This document shows, one piece after another, positions 41,589 through 54,424 of a stretch of DNA of 64,000 bases. Source of the stretch: Daphnia carinata. Lineage: Eukaryota. Position numbers and translations under genes: made by a program. Positions within the stretch are counted from its first letter, which is position 1. Each line of letters opens with the position of its first letter. The notes beneath the pieces were generated by a model. It was not told the DNA's origin, ran no database searches, and worked only from the letters and a program-made list of their open reading frames with translations. Location: NCBI RefSeq assembly GCF_022539665.2, contig NC_081332.1, positions 3,782,001-3,846,000 on the forward strand. The letters run 5' to 3'.

Positions 41589-42562
41589 ATGGCATCAACA
41601 TTTGCGAAATGTTTTATTTTTGTATTAGCTGCGCTTGCACAGACCTCATGCATAAACACTCAAGTGCTTAGCCCTGGTTCCTGCCCAAATCCTACCGCCG
41701 TTTCCGATTTCAAAATCGACGAGGTTAGTTTTTAAACGTTCTTTTATAATGAATTTTTAGACAAAAAATTTGGATATCAAAAAGTATTTAGGTAAATGGT
41801 ACAGCAACCGAAATTATTTTTCAGTTCTGCAAACGGGCCAAGATTGTGTAACGGTTGAATACACAAAGGTCGGAGGCCGCATTATCGTCAAAAACGGAGG
41901 TTTAGAATTGATGTAAAATGAATTTACTTTGATTAGGAAGAAGCTGGCCAAAAAGTTTAGAAATTCGTTTAAATTTTCCTCCACACTTTTTCAGCACTAG
42001 AAAGAAATTAACGACAATAGCGAAAGCAAGCGTTGTGTCATCCGGGAAACTCAACGTATCATTCATTACGACTAACGTTTGTAAGTAGCGCAAATTTAAA
42101 TTTGAATAAACCCACGAAATTAATTTCTCCATGTTTGAACCAATAATTGTTTCGGTGGAATACTCAAGTTAACTTGGGCGCTGAAAACTACTGGTATAAC
42201 TGTCAAAACAATAATTTGCAAATGACTCAATTACTTGTTCTAATTCGAATTTGATTGAAAGGGTTCTGGGAACAGATTACGATTCTTACGCCGTTGGATG
42301 GAGTTGTTTACCATTTGGAATTTTCCATTTCAGTATACGCCAAATTATGATACGATTGCCCGTGGTTACATAAACGTTACGTAATAACACGCATGTTTTA
42401 TCGCATGCAGAAACGGCCTGGATACTGACCCGTGACCAAAACCCTAGCGATGCGACAATAGACGCAGCGTTAGCCGTATTCGAAAAGAACGGCATCGACC
42501 AGAAAAAATTGAAATTGATTAATCAAGAAAATTGCGTGGAAGCCGACAAGCCAGTTGAATAA
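41589..42562 (+). CDS. ApoD: Apolipoprotein D-like lipocalin, copy 2 (6 exons incl. 25-nt microexon 42169-42193)
   Basis: MASTFAKCFIFVLAALA.., PGSCPNP, YLGKWYSNRNYF, CVTVEY, NYW|VLGTDYDSYAVGWSC, AWILTRD, TAA at 42560-42562. Not represented in the ORF track because all exons are short. Confidence 0.9.
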
Positions 42563-42975
42563 TCCCTTCAAAAATATGAACCATTCAACAACAAGGCGAT
42601 TCGCTCAGTAGGTCAACAAGAAATAGCAAATCATCACGCACCCTCATTTTGTTTTAAGATGTTTTCCGCAATGTGGGTACACACTATTTGCATATTTCTG
42701 ATGGTCAGTATGAAAAAGCAGTGCCCTCAAGCTATTTGAAAACTTGCTTTCCTGTATATAGTTTCAAATAGAAAATACTCCGCTTGTGGCTCGATCGTTC
42801 TTTCTTTCTCCGACACGCTACGAACAGGTTCTTAAAAGGAAGCAACGATGGCGCAAAACCGGTAGAACGGAGACTTCTAGAAGTCAATGGAAGATGACCG
42901 TACACTGACGAGCTTCAGTTGAACACTGACAGCTGGGACATATAGTTTCTGTATATTTTCAGGGCCTTAAAAACA

Positions 42976-43917
42976 ATGGCGGGAGATTCAAAACGCTGGG
43001 TTTCACTGTTGGTAATAGTAGGATATTTCTTAACAATAACGCAAGCTCAAGTGTGGGTAAGAGGTTCTTGTCCAAACGTTACCGTCGTCTCTGATTTCAA
43101 CCTCGACCAAGTAAGTTATTTTAGATCAACTTTATGCCATCAATTAAAATGGGATGGCAAAACTCGTTTGATTAGCGTCTTCAACCAAAACTAGGGTCTT
43201 GTTATTATTAAAAACGTCAAATACGAATAATTTTTTTTAAATCAAAGACGAAAATTCAGTTACTGAAATTCCAAATTTTTTTTTTTTAAATTCGAATATC
43301 TAATGCTTTACAGAAAAAAAATTATTTCATTCAAAGTATTTAGGCAAGTGGTTTGCAAACCGTAACTACTATGACAGATCCCAAGCCGGATTGGATTGCG
43401 TAACGGTCGAGTACACTCAAAATGGAGAAGAAATTGCCTTCAAAAAAGAAGGAATTGAACAAGTGTAAAAATGCGCCAACAAATCAACCAAACGATTTCT
43501 AATCAATGAAAGCTTTTTTTTCTCCTGCAATTCCAGAACAAGAAGAAAAACAGTGTCCATCGGAAGCGCTCGCCTCATCCAACCCGGAAAACTTGCCGTT
43601 TCTTATAGTGACAACCCTCCCGCTAAATCGGCAAATGCAAATTATTTGGTGATCGGCACCGACTACAAATCTTACTCTGTTGTGTGGAATTGCTCTGAAC
43701 GGGGTCCCATGAGTTCACGTGAGAAAACAAAAATCCAACATAACCCGGATGAAAATTAATGACACTTGCATACTTTACAGATACTGCGCGGGTGTTAACG
43801 CGTGAACAAGAACCATCAATATCAACAATCGACAAAGTTTACGCAGTGCTAAGACGGAACGGCCTCGATAGCAGCAGATTAAGATTAGTAAATCAGAAAA
43901 ATTGCACAAGGCGCTGA
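42976..43917 (+). CDS. ApoD: Apolipoprotein D-like lipocalin, copy 3 (4 exons)
   Basis: GSCPNVTVVSDF, YLGKWFANRNYY, CVTVEY, NYLVIGTDYKSYSVVWNC, ARVLTRE, TGA at 43915-43917. Confidence 0.9.
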
Positions 43918-44755
43918 AGAAAAGTGGCATGCAGCCATCGAATAAAGAACTTCTGTAACTGAACACAGCTAATAAATAAAGTATCCGTTGGCGAGATGAT
44001 TGAGAATGAGTCAATATGGATAAATGAGATATGAAATAAATTATTAAGCAATGGATGCATTGCACAAGGTTTTATTTCATTCTGTCCTTTACCACTCGAA
44101 TCAACTTTAAATGAAAACTACGCCTTATGTTTGTGATTTCAAAATGAGCAGAGCCGCACGAGTAAATATAAGAACGAAACCGACATCATTAAAAAATTAA
44201 ATGGGAAGCTTGACCATTTAAGTACAGAAAAATGTAATACGATGTTTGTTCCAGTCAGAACACACCCACCAAAAGCCTGAAGAGGGCAACGACCCCTGCC
44301 TAACCTATCTTGCGTAGACAATCAGTCGCTCAATTTTTTGAAGTACAAGAAAAGTAATTCAGAAAATTTAGACTTGTTCCACAAAACGGGAACCTTCACG
44401 TAAAACGGTCAACACAACTCGGTTTGAATAAAGTCGTTTTGCAAATCGATCGGGTTTGAGATTCACTTTAAACGAAAGAAATTGTGCGCTGCATTTCAAC
44501 AGGATTATTTTCAACAAATCCCTGACCAACAGGTTTCGATACTGGGGGCTACGCCAGCAGGAAAACAATATCAAGTTGAGGACATTACAATGATAGAGTT
44601 AACGGTAATTTGACTCGTTTTGGTTTGGTTTTATTTTGCTCGCTACCACCAGCCATTCACGCGAGCTTTTTTAATGAGAATGCTCGATGAATAGGATTGA
44701 AAGAGAAGTCGCACAAGAACAAAATGAGCTCAGTCGCATTCAAACTCGGTTAGGA

Positions 44756-45844
44756 ATGTTGTCATGTTGTGCGCTATGTTGGGTTTTTCTATTAGTTATG
44801 GTGGGACTTTCCAAAAATACAAATGCGCAAATATTCACACTCGGTTCCTGCCCCAATCCCAGTGTCGTTTCCGACTTTAAAGCTGATCAGGTCAGTTTCC
44901 TCAACACTAACAGTTAAATTCAAAAGAATACTTTTTTTTTTAAGTTTTTGGCATAATATTAACAACAAGATCGTTTGACATTAACCACTCAGTAGCGGAA
45001 ACGAACACGTTTTAAAATTTTTGTTTCCATTCTAATATGTTTAAATGTTTTTATCATCAAACTCATCTTGTTGAAAATATTCAAAGTACTTGGGAAAATG
45101 GTACAACAACCGCAACTATTTTTCGATATTTCAAACCGGCCTCGATTGCCCTACAGTTGAGTACACAATGAACGAAGACGAAATCACCATCAGAAACGAG
45201 GGATTTAGCATCACGTAAAACACCTTCAGCCAGTTAAAAAAAAAAAAAACATTGACAGATTTTTGAATGTCTGAATTTCAGAAACGGGAAGAAAAAAACT
45301 GCATTCGGAAAAGCGCGCGTAGTGGCACCCGGCAAGCTCACTGTATCGTCTATCATCAGTAATCCTTGTAAGCATTAACACGTTCAAGTACATTACGTAT
45401 TTATTCCCCCCCCCCATTTATCTCCCCTAATGGCATTAATATTGTCTTGTTTGTTTTGTTTTTTAATCAAGTTACGCAAGGGGCCGAAAATTACTGGTAA
45501 ATCTTAATAAAAAATAATTCGTTTGCTGATACTTTAAAATGATTTTATACTTCGCAAATGTATGATAAGGATACTGGACACCGACTACACTTCTTACGCA
45601 GTTGTCTGGAGCTGTTTGCCATTCGGACTTATCAATTCAAGTGAGATTTCAAAAAATCTGAAGTAAATCGCCAAATCAGAGGTGAAACACCAACAAAAGA
45701 TTCTTCGTTACAGGCACAGCGTGGATCCTAACCCGTGAACCCAATCCCTCAAATGCCACAATCGATTTGGCATTAGCTGTATTCGAGAAGAATGACATCA
45801 ATCAGACGAAATTAAAAGTAATCAATCAACAGGATTGTGGATAA
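44756..45844 (+). CDS. ApoD: Apolipoprotein D-like lipocalin, copy 4 (6 exons incl. 25-nt microexon 45472-45496)
   Basis: LGSCPNPSVVSDF, YLGKWYNNRNYF, NYW|ILDTDYTSYAVVWSC, AWILTRE, TAA at 45842-45844. Confidence 0.9.
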
Positions 45845-46529
45845 GGGCAGGGCGATGAAAACGTCAAGCACATTGCAATTTAAGTTATAACCAGCGCAGC
45901 AAAACGTGAGAATTAACTGTAATTTCTGCTGAACTCGTCTGACCCTCGCAAAGTTGGAAGATAATAAATAAATAAAATGCAGCGAACGACATCAATGTGT
46001 AACTCGTTTTCAGATAAAGCAGTAAAAAAAAACATCCCATCATGCCAGTAGGAACAAATGTGTAAACCAGTTTATGGTTGTTTGACAGTTCGACTGGTAC
46101 ACGAAGCCCAACGCAAACCGACAACAAAGAAAAATACTATCACTGGTTTACCCTAAATGGATAATTCTGAATTCAAAACAATTTCAACTAGAAATTTCAA
46201 AAAAAAAAATCAGATTTTAAAAACATTGAAAAGTAAAGCAACGTTTTTTAATCTGCAAGTTTAAAAAAATTGGTGGTGAAAAAAAAATGCTATCGAGGTC
46301 TGTCTGAAAAAATTGGCTGTTTCCGATATCCGATTGTAATGAGAATGTTTTTCATTCTATCACGCCTCGAGATCCGCAACAAACAAAAGAAAAACGAAAA
46401 AGAGGCCTGACGAAAAACATTTCGAGATCAACATTGAAATTTGAAGAGATCGCCAACGATCATCGACTAGATCTATCCGTACCCCATTCTTTTTTAAAAT
46501 GGAAACTAATAATATTATGGATGATTCCT

Positions 46530-46995
46530 ACCTTGTTGCTGGTGAGATGATCTATTTCCTTCAATTGTGCACTCAGGACACGGGAGAATCACTCGGAACT
46601 TGAACTCAAGCGGCCAATATGATGACACCTCCGCGTTGCTAGGTAACTGTCTGCAGCCCAGTTCGCTGCCCTGAAAAGAGAAATAATCGGGTTCAGTATC
46701 GATTTCAAACTCAAGAAGATAAATCTATTTTACGATTAAATGTTCTTTTAAACAGCACAAACACTATGGACGATTTGTACCTTGTTGCTGGTGAGATTCG
46801 CTTCATGCGTCGCCATTGATTGCGCTCCCCGGACATGGAACAATCAATCAAAGGAACTTCAACCCGAACAGCGAATACGATGTAACCTCAGCCTTGCTGT
46901 GCTACTGTCTGCTGCCGGATTCACTGCCCTGGAAAAATAAGATATAATCAAACTCAATATCGATTTCAAATTCGAACAAAATAAATCTATTTTAA
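46530..46995 (-). repeat. Two diverged tandem copies (~250 bp period) of an exon-like unit antisense to the ApoD cluster; a third related copy at ~49375-49530
   Basis: Shared taccttgttgctggtgagat...gccctg(g)aaaa...tatcgatttcaaa...ataaatctatttta; minus strand shows a YAG acceptor and a CAAG|GTA donor in each copy. Confidence 0.65.
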
Positions 46996-47659
46996 GTTTA
47001 ACACGGCCTTTTTGGATAGTACGGCGGTAAACTAAATTCTTATCCTCCAAACATGTGCAGTCTTGGGCAAGAAGGCCAACCAACGATTGTTTACTTGCTT
47101 AACCTGTATACATTTCACAGTGTAATTCGGAGTGGTTTAAAAAAATCCTGAACTTCTATCATCCCCAGCGGACCCGTATAAAAAAATTCTAATCTTTCGT
47201 CAAATTTAGAGATGAATAACCAAAAACGACAACGTTACAAGTACAGAAACCTGACTCGTGTATCTCGAATGCCCGAACAGTCACCTGCGAATAATGCCTC
47301 AAATGCTTCCGAAATTGACGTGCAACCGGCCAACAGACTTTGGCAACTATTCGAAGGATTGTTTTGAAATTCAGGTACGTATTCAATCCTCGTTCACTTA
47401 ATAATAACGGGGATTAAGAAAAAAAATAAAAAAATAAAAAAATAAAATGCCCTGCTCTGACACTAACAAGTTTTAAGTGAAACACTGATGAAGCAGTCAG
47501 GAAATACTATCATACCTGTAGGGACAAGTATATACATGAAATAACGGTTCTTTGACTTTTCGATTGGTGCGACAACGAGAAGGTCTTTCACAATGGGACG
47601 TAAAAGAATAAGGCTGGCAGTCTAAGAAGAACGTCCAAGGGACAAAGTCGCATCCGAAT

Positions 47660-48892
47660 ATGTTTTCAAATCTCGTAAAATGTTGGATGTTTTTGTTTGC
47701 GGCCATGCAATGGTACAAGACAGCGGTAAATGGCCAAGTGTTTGAATTAGGCGCGTGCCCAAAACCAACAGTCGTCTCCAATTTCGATGAGTCCCGTGTA
47801 AGTATTTTCTTTATAAATAATTTTAATACTTCTATAAATAAAATTCGACAGTCAGCATCTATTTCCATGCAACTAACTCAATAATCTTCACGTCTTTTTT
47901 TTCCATTTACCCAACGACAAACTGATTTTTTGTGCATCCGCAACCTTTTGAAGTATTTGGGAAAATGGTACAACAACCGCAATTACTTCGCCATCTTTCA
48001 AGCTACATTGGACTGTATAACGGCCGTCTACACAAAGACATCAACTGGTATTAGTGTAACCAACGAAGGCTACAACGTCATGTAAATATGAATTAAAAAA
48101 TTAAAGATGAAAACAAATTTCTAAAAATCGAAATGTATACAATTTCTTTATGTGTTGTCTGGGGGAAATCTTTCAGTACGAGACAGAGAAGCACTGCGAT
48201 CGGAATTGCTACGGTAATAGAGCCAGGCAAACTTGGGGTTTCCTTCTCCGACACACCAGGTATCGTAATTAAGTGCATGGAAATAATGAGGGGCTAAAAA
48301 CTACTAGTTCCAAGTGAAATTATTTAATGCGAATTCTGCCTTCATTTTGTTAAGTTGATAAATCAGCAATTTCAAGCAAAAAATGAAAAATCTTCAATAA
48401 TTAAAAGCCCCTCACCTTCATTTAAAGAATTTTACAAAATATATTATCCCGACTCGGAATCTAATATTATTTTGCCTATTTTAAAATTTCAAATAGCTAC
48501 GGCAGCCAATTATTGGTAAGTAATGGCAACTATTCTGTCTACTTTTTCTCGAAATCGCTCGAAATTATGCGACTTGTTTTTCTCAAACGACAATTTAATT
48601 ATAGGGTGCTGGACACCGATTACGACAATTACGCTGTGGTTTGGAGTTGTACAGGACTTGGCCCAGTCCGCATAAGTATTAAACAAAAAATAATATTACA
48701 GTTTTCTCTACATCCAGATACAAATTAGAATGCAATCAAATTAATGTTTCTACAGGTTTCGCATGGGTTCTAACACGAGCTGCAGAGCCTAGTACTACCG
48801 TAATTGACACGGCTTTAGCAGTATTCAATACAACTGGCATCAACACAACGCCACTGAGGGTAACGAATCAAAAGAACTGCCCAGCACGCTGA
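47660..48892 (+). CDS. ApoD: Apolipoprotein D-like lipocalin, copy 5 (6 exons incl. 19-nt microexon 48497-48515)
   Basis: LGACPKPTVVSNF, YLGKWYNNRNYF, CITAVY, NYW|VLDTDYDNYAVVWSC, AWVLTR, TGA at 48890-48892. Confidence 0.9.
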
Positions 48893-50728
48893 ACAAGTAA
48901 TCAGAAAATTCAAAAAGAACAATGATTTCCAACTTTCAACGAAGTTACGCTGGCATTAGATTCACATGCCCCTGAAAATATAATATTTAAATACTTCTCC
49001 CCTTTTTAACTAAAATGGTTTTGTTTTCGGGCAATCTTGTCAACTTCTTGACCTCAATAGATGTAAATTCAACAAAATGAGTGCCAAAATTATTCTAAAT
49101 CGTCGAGTTCTTCCTGGCAAGTGGGTATTGCACATATCTGAATAGGACAGCAATCTATCCCTTCAATATATCTCAAACGACGGACGATATGTTCCACCTA
49201 CCCATATTTTAAAAAAGACGCGCAAAAGAAAAAGAAAACACATTCTTGTGTACGTGTTTTTTTTTTCCTCCTACCGTTAATGAACAAGTAGGGATATATA
49301 AAGCGGCCTGACAAACGATGCTTCGATTCCGTAACAAAGCTCGGATACTAAATAGAATGGTATGAGCATTTCTTACCTTGGTGCTGATGAGAATCTCTTC
49401 GTCCGTATTGAAGGCATTTTCCCTTTTGCAGCTTGGACAGAATGCAAGCGTTGCTTGTACTGAACATCTTGTAAGTGACGAGATACTGCTTGCTATCCAA
49501 CTAATCCTGAAAAACAAATAATTCAAATTCAATTTCGATGTAAAATTCTTGGCGGAAAGGCCTTTAAGATCAGAACAGCCTTGCCAAAAATACGATTGTA
49601 AATTGAACTGTTAAATTGCAAAACTTGTCATTATGGTTCTCTAAAAGGCAACGGCAATTCGAATTTTACCTGTGAAATTCCCAGTCTGATGTGAGAAAGG
49701 GAAGGGTACTTTGTATCTGGGTCGACTCTTGCCTCTCCTAGAGATTATGACAACATAACTTCAGTTATGTGTTGCAGCCATTATATTATCTGTTTGTTAC
49801 AACAAAGATTTAAAAGTAAACATGCATCATCATCTATAGCTATGTTTTAGCTTTATTCTTGTTATACACCAACATAGATAACTGAATTACCTCTGGACAG
49901 AAAATAGGTAACTGAAAGGAGAAAGAGACGACATACTGAGTTACTTCCTACGTACAAACATAGGGTAATAACCTATAAGAAAAAAATATATATAAAAGAT
50001 TAGTGCTATTTGCCAGCTCCAAACAAACAGTAATTTAATCCCCAAAAACCATCAAGAGGGAAACAAAATTAAAGTACAAAAATCCCTGTGACATATTATG
50101 ACTAAATCAATGTAAAATTTTATATAGTTGGTGTAGTACACAACTTTGGTGAGAATACATATCAATTGACTAGGAATGATCCTCGAAGGCAACAGAAGTT
50201 CCTGTGAAGCTATTTGTAACAATATTTGGTATGTATTAGACATTAATAACACTAAGGAAGCACTACACTTCTGTAACTTACCATGAGGTGTTGAAACAGA
50301 TAAAACTAATTTCTCACTGTTCACGTACAGTAGAGGTTAACATTTTAAATGTGAATGCAAACTCGTATACTCCACGAGCAGCTTAAATACATGTCAGCAG
50401 TTGTTTCTGTAATACTTCTCATATTTAGAGCAAATAATGCCTCGAACAAAGTATCATAAACCAGCAAGAGTCCTCATGCTTCAACAGCAAAAAATATTTA
50501 GAAAAACATTGTTGAACAGTATTGCTTGCTCAACAAAAAAGATATGATGCAATGAAATGCATGGGCTGCTACAATAAAGTTTTGCAAACTCATTATATAA
50601 AAGATTTCTATTAAAAGTTTTTAAACTGCCTTATCTTACAATCTTAGATGGAAGCTGGCCAAGTTTGTACTGAAATCCTCGACGATCGCGCCAAAATGAT
50701 CTGTTCTGGTAGAGGTCGGTTTCTTGTG

Positions 50729-50740
50729 CAAGATGGCGGC
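50729..50740 (+). promoter_or_regulatory. YY1/Pho-type motif
   Basis: CAAGATGGCGGC, an exact match to the YY1 consensus, in a local CpG-rich patch; function not shown. Confidence 0.35.
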
Positions 50741-51266
50741 AACAGGATATGGCGCGAAAACGGCCGTTGCCTTTCATCTAACATTTTAAATAAATGTGAA
50801 TATGTCATCCTGCAAATGCAATTCATATAGTTACATGTAAAGCACTATAACACGACACACATGGAAAGCGATATATGAGTCCTCCATTAAAACTACTTAC
50901 AAGCTTAACCTAGAAATAGCGATCCAAGTGAAAAACAGTGTTGCACGTTTCTAGAGAAACGTGATCATTTTAACATGTTGGTATAAAAATTTGTCATGTA
51001 TAGATTTTAACTATGTGGTGGCACTTATCTACTTGGTGTTGAGTAACTACAAACAAGACACATTGTTGGCTCATAGACGGATTTACTAAATAAGATGTAC
51101 AAATATTAAATTGTAACTTCAACGAGATCGGGGATTCCAATGAAGGACAACGATAGTGAAAAGTCCTTATCTAATCTGTCTTGAAATGCCCGATAGGTGG
51201 CGAAAACAAGCTGTATTTTTTACCACGCGATGACGCTGCTGTTGATAGTGCCAAATCACGAGAGCC

Positions 51267-53590
51267 TATATAAAGAGTGCTACCGTAATATTGCGTTCTT
51301 TTGAATTGCGATTTCCGGCGGTGGTGCATGTAAGTATATGTATTCGTATTCTTCTAGGGAAAAGTATATGTAAAAAGTCTTTGACATTAATTTTTAGTAT
51401 GCGTTAGTTTGTTTTTAGTTGGGTAGATGTAGACGTGTTCAATTTTTCTTATTTTGCTGGAGATCGTCTCAGAATTAATTACACGATGTTTGTCAAATCT
51501 TCGGTTGAATAGTGTTCTATCAATTTATAGTTATTAAGAGATACCTAATATGTGTGTGTTTCGAGATTGAATTACAATTTGAAATGAAGTTACTGGTATG
51601 GTGAGAATTTTTTTAGTGGGTTTCTAGTTCAGTAGTTATCACTGATATAAGTATTATGATGGTGGACAATTCATGTACAACATTGAATGTTGTGGAAGTT
51701 ATCAAATTATATTTTTCTAGCAGAATCTGATGTATATGCTATGGATTCTGTGATTGTTAGTTTTGTCTCTAATCTCTAAACATGAATTAGTTAAAAGTAT
51801 GTCATATAGATACATTGTGGTGTAGCAGCTTGGTGGCATGTTGGAAGGATATTCAATGTAAAGTTAAACTGTTAAACCAAGTGGTAAACTTCTTCAGGTA
51901 TGATTGTGGTGAGTTTTTAATATGTATTTAATTGAAATGTTATGGAGCAATTGAATCATACTTTTCTAGTAGATGCAGTGGTATGTGATATGGAACCTGT
52001 AATCCTTAATTTGGTCCTGATATCCAAAGATGAATTATTTCAAAAGCATTGGACTGATGCCATGATAAGATGTTAAATTTTATTTCACTCTGGTAAACTT
52101 CTGTAGGTGTGATTGCCTAGAAGAATGTTTTCTGTAGTGCTATGGTTTGCAAATATATGTTAACTCCTGTTTTCTTTTTAGGTTTTGGTTGCAATGTTCA
52201 AAGGACATTATTTTGTTGATTCTATTGGAGTTGGTTACTGTGGATCGATTCATTTCAGGTACACTGTTTTTGAATCTTGTGTTTCATTCAAATACTGAAA
52301 GTGCAACTGGTGTATAGGCAAGTTCATTTTTCTCTTATTTAAATTATAACTATGATCACATCATATGAACTAAATTTGCATCTTCTCTTTCTATCTCAGG
52401 CAGGCTGGTGTCTGCAAATTTTCCCATTGTGAGGATCCTGGTGCAGTGTATTTGCTGAATTTATTTTTTGTGGGGTTATGGTAATTAAGCTGTATAACCA
52501 TTAGAAAAATTATTATTTAGGTTATAGATCTGACGAGCTCTAATCGTACACAAGTCTCTTAGAATTAAATATATTATTTTCAGAATGTCCAAGCTAGTTG
52601 AATTGCCTTCAGTGTCGACATCAACGATGGGGAAATAGCTATTCGTGGAACTAGAATGTTGAATGAGTGAAATTTTGTTTAAGCTCTTGCACAGTCCATA
52701 TCTGAGTCTGTGCATCAAGCCGGCTGTTGTCTCCGTGTGACAGGTATAGCTGATTTACTAATCTTTCTCTATTTGGTGTATATCGCCTGTTAATCTGATT
52801 TTTATAGCTTAGGTTTTTGGTATGGCCAGCTAGTTAGCTAGGAGTTTCAATGGAAGTTCGTGAAACGTTTCTGAAATTCACCTTTGTATACTATCCTTTT
52901 TGGTCGTTGGTGTATTATAATGACTTGTTCAATATCTCCGAATGTGTTTGAATTCCTCTTGTTTCATGCAGGTGACGGCTGTGATGCATCTGAACCTGGG
53001 TTTAATTGATTTTGGAGTTTGCTTCTATGGGTAAACCAATTCATAATAGGTTAATGGGCAAATTGTAAATCTGTTGAAGGTAACATTTCTCGGATTGGGG
53101 TGCCAGACGTCCGAACGGTGGAATTGGTGGTTACTCGAGTTCTTAAATAATTTCATTGTTGAATACATCTTATATTTTTGTTCAAGAAAACCACCAATGA
53201 TGGCGAAAATATGAGCTTCAGTTTCTTAGCAACCTATCATTTACCTGTTTTCGCTCTTGTGTTCATTTGTAAGCTTTGTACAAATCTTACAGGATTGGAA
53301 TTTCTTCTGGCGAATATCACAATTGACAAGGTAAGTCGTTACGGTGAATAAATATAGTAGCAAATAAATTTAACTAACATGTTTTATTTTTCGTTCAGGA
53401 CGAATGAGAGCGCATTTTTCTGGTACTTTCGTTATGTGATGACGCTGTTGGAAGAGTTTTGGAAATTACCCTTCAACTAAATTTTTGTCACGTGTTTTTA
53501 TTAAGTAATTTATATCCTGTTTCTTTGTTTCCCCTTGACTTGTGATAAACTTGTGGCGAAAATGAATTTTCAATAAAAACAAATTTCGAG
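51267..53590 (+). ncRNA. Candidate spliced long non-coding (or decayed) transcription unit
   Basis: TATATAAAG at 51267, GTAAGT donor at 51330, a run of YAG acceptors and AG|GT donors separated by short introns, AATAAA at 53572; no plus-strand ORF of 60 aa or more in the ORF track. No expression evidence available. Confidence 0.4.
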
Positions 53591-53832
53591 TAATTCCATT
53601 TTTCATTATTGCGCTAATTATTTTACGATAAATTATTACGGATGAATTTTTTTTCCAATATTTTTGGATTTTTTATTTTTTGGAAATTTATTTTGCTTTT
53701 CCGGAAATTTTTTTTTTGTTTTTTTGGAAAATTTTTCCGAAAAAAATTTTTTGCCAGAAAATTTTTATTTTACGCTAAATTTCGTCAAAAATCAATAAAA
53801 TAGAACGAAAATCAATAACATTTCGTCGTCCA

Positions 53833-53900
53833 CTACATGGGAGTCGATCCCTGGACCTTCGCCTTGCTATGCCGCCGCTCTACCATTGAGCTACGACACT
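53833..53900 (-). pseudogene. tRNA-like element, copy C
   Basis: Minus strand TAGCTCAATGGTAGAGC (A box/D arm) ... CAGGGATCGACTCCC (B-box-like); acceptor stem unpaired. Confidence 0.6.
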
Positions 53901-54119
53901 CACTATATTACTGTTTGATTCTTCCTCATTTGCTAGAATATGTCTAGACCCTTAGAATATTCTTCAAACGTCGTTTTGTGGATATAGAGGCCACTCATGG
54001 CCCAAAGGACGACCCTATTGCCTTCTTGCCACTTGTCAATGCATCTCTCGGATGCCTGCCTGCGTACCCTACTTCAAATGGCCGAGCCGTTGGCTACGGA
54101 ACCTGCCTCAGCTCGATGA

Positions 54120-54251
54120 TGTATTCGCTGGAATCCCTGCCAGGTTCCCCACTCCTTGAGGTCACATGGTAGTCTTGGAAACCAGGCCCACCTGTATTCG
54201 CTTAAATCCCTGCCAGGTACCCCACTCCTTGAGGTCACATGGTAGTCTTGG
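54120..54251. repeat. 59 bp direct repeat, period 73 bp
   Basis: tgtattcgct..aatccctgccaggt(t/a)ccccactccttgaggtcacatggtagtcttgg at 54120-54178 and 54193-54251. Confidence 0.85.
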
Positions 54252-54352
54252 CCACCATCTTATCCACCTACTCTCACGGAGTTTACCGCAAGATGCCTCT
54301 GTGCATATGTCAAAGCAATATTTTAGAAATCACAACGATAACAATTGTTAAT

Positions 54353-54424
54353 CGACTCTTACAGGAATTGAACCCTGTGCTTCCGGCGTAACATATCGAT
54401 GCTCTACCATTGATATACGAGTCA
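54353..54424 (-). pseudogene. tRNA-like element, copy D
   Basis: Minus strand GACTC/GAGTC acceptor pairing, AATGGTAGAGCA, and ACAGG-GTTCAATT-CCTGT T arm. Confidence 0.6.
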
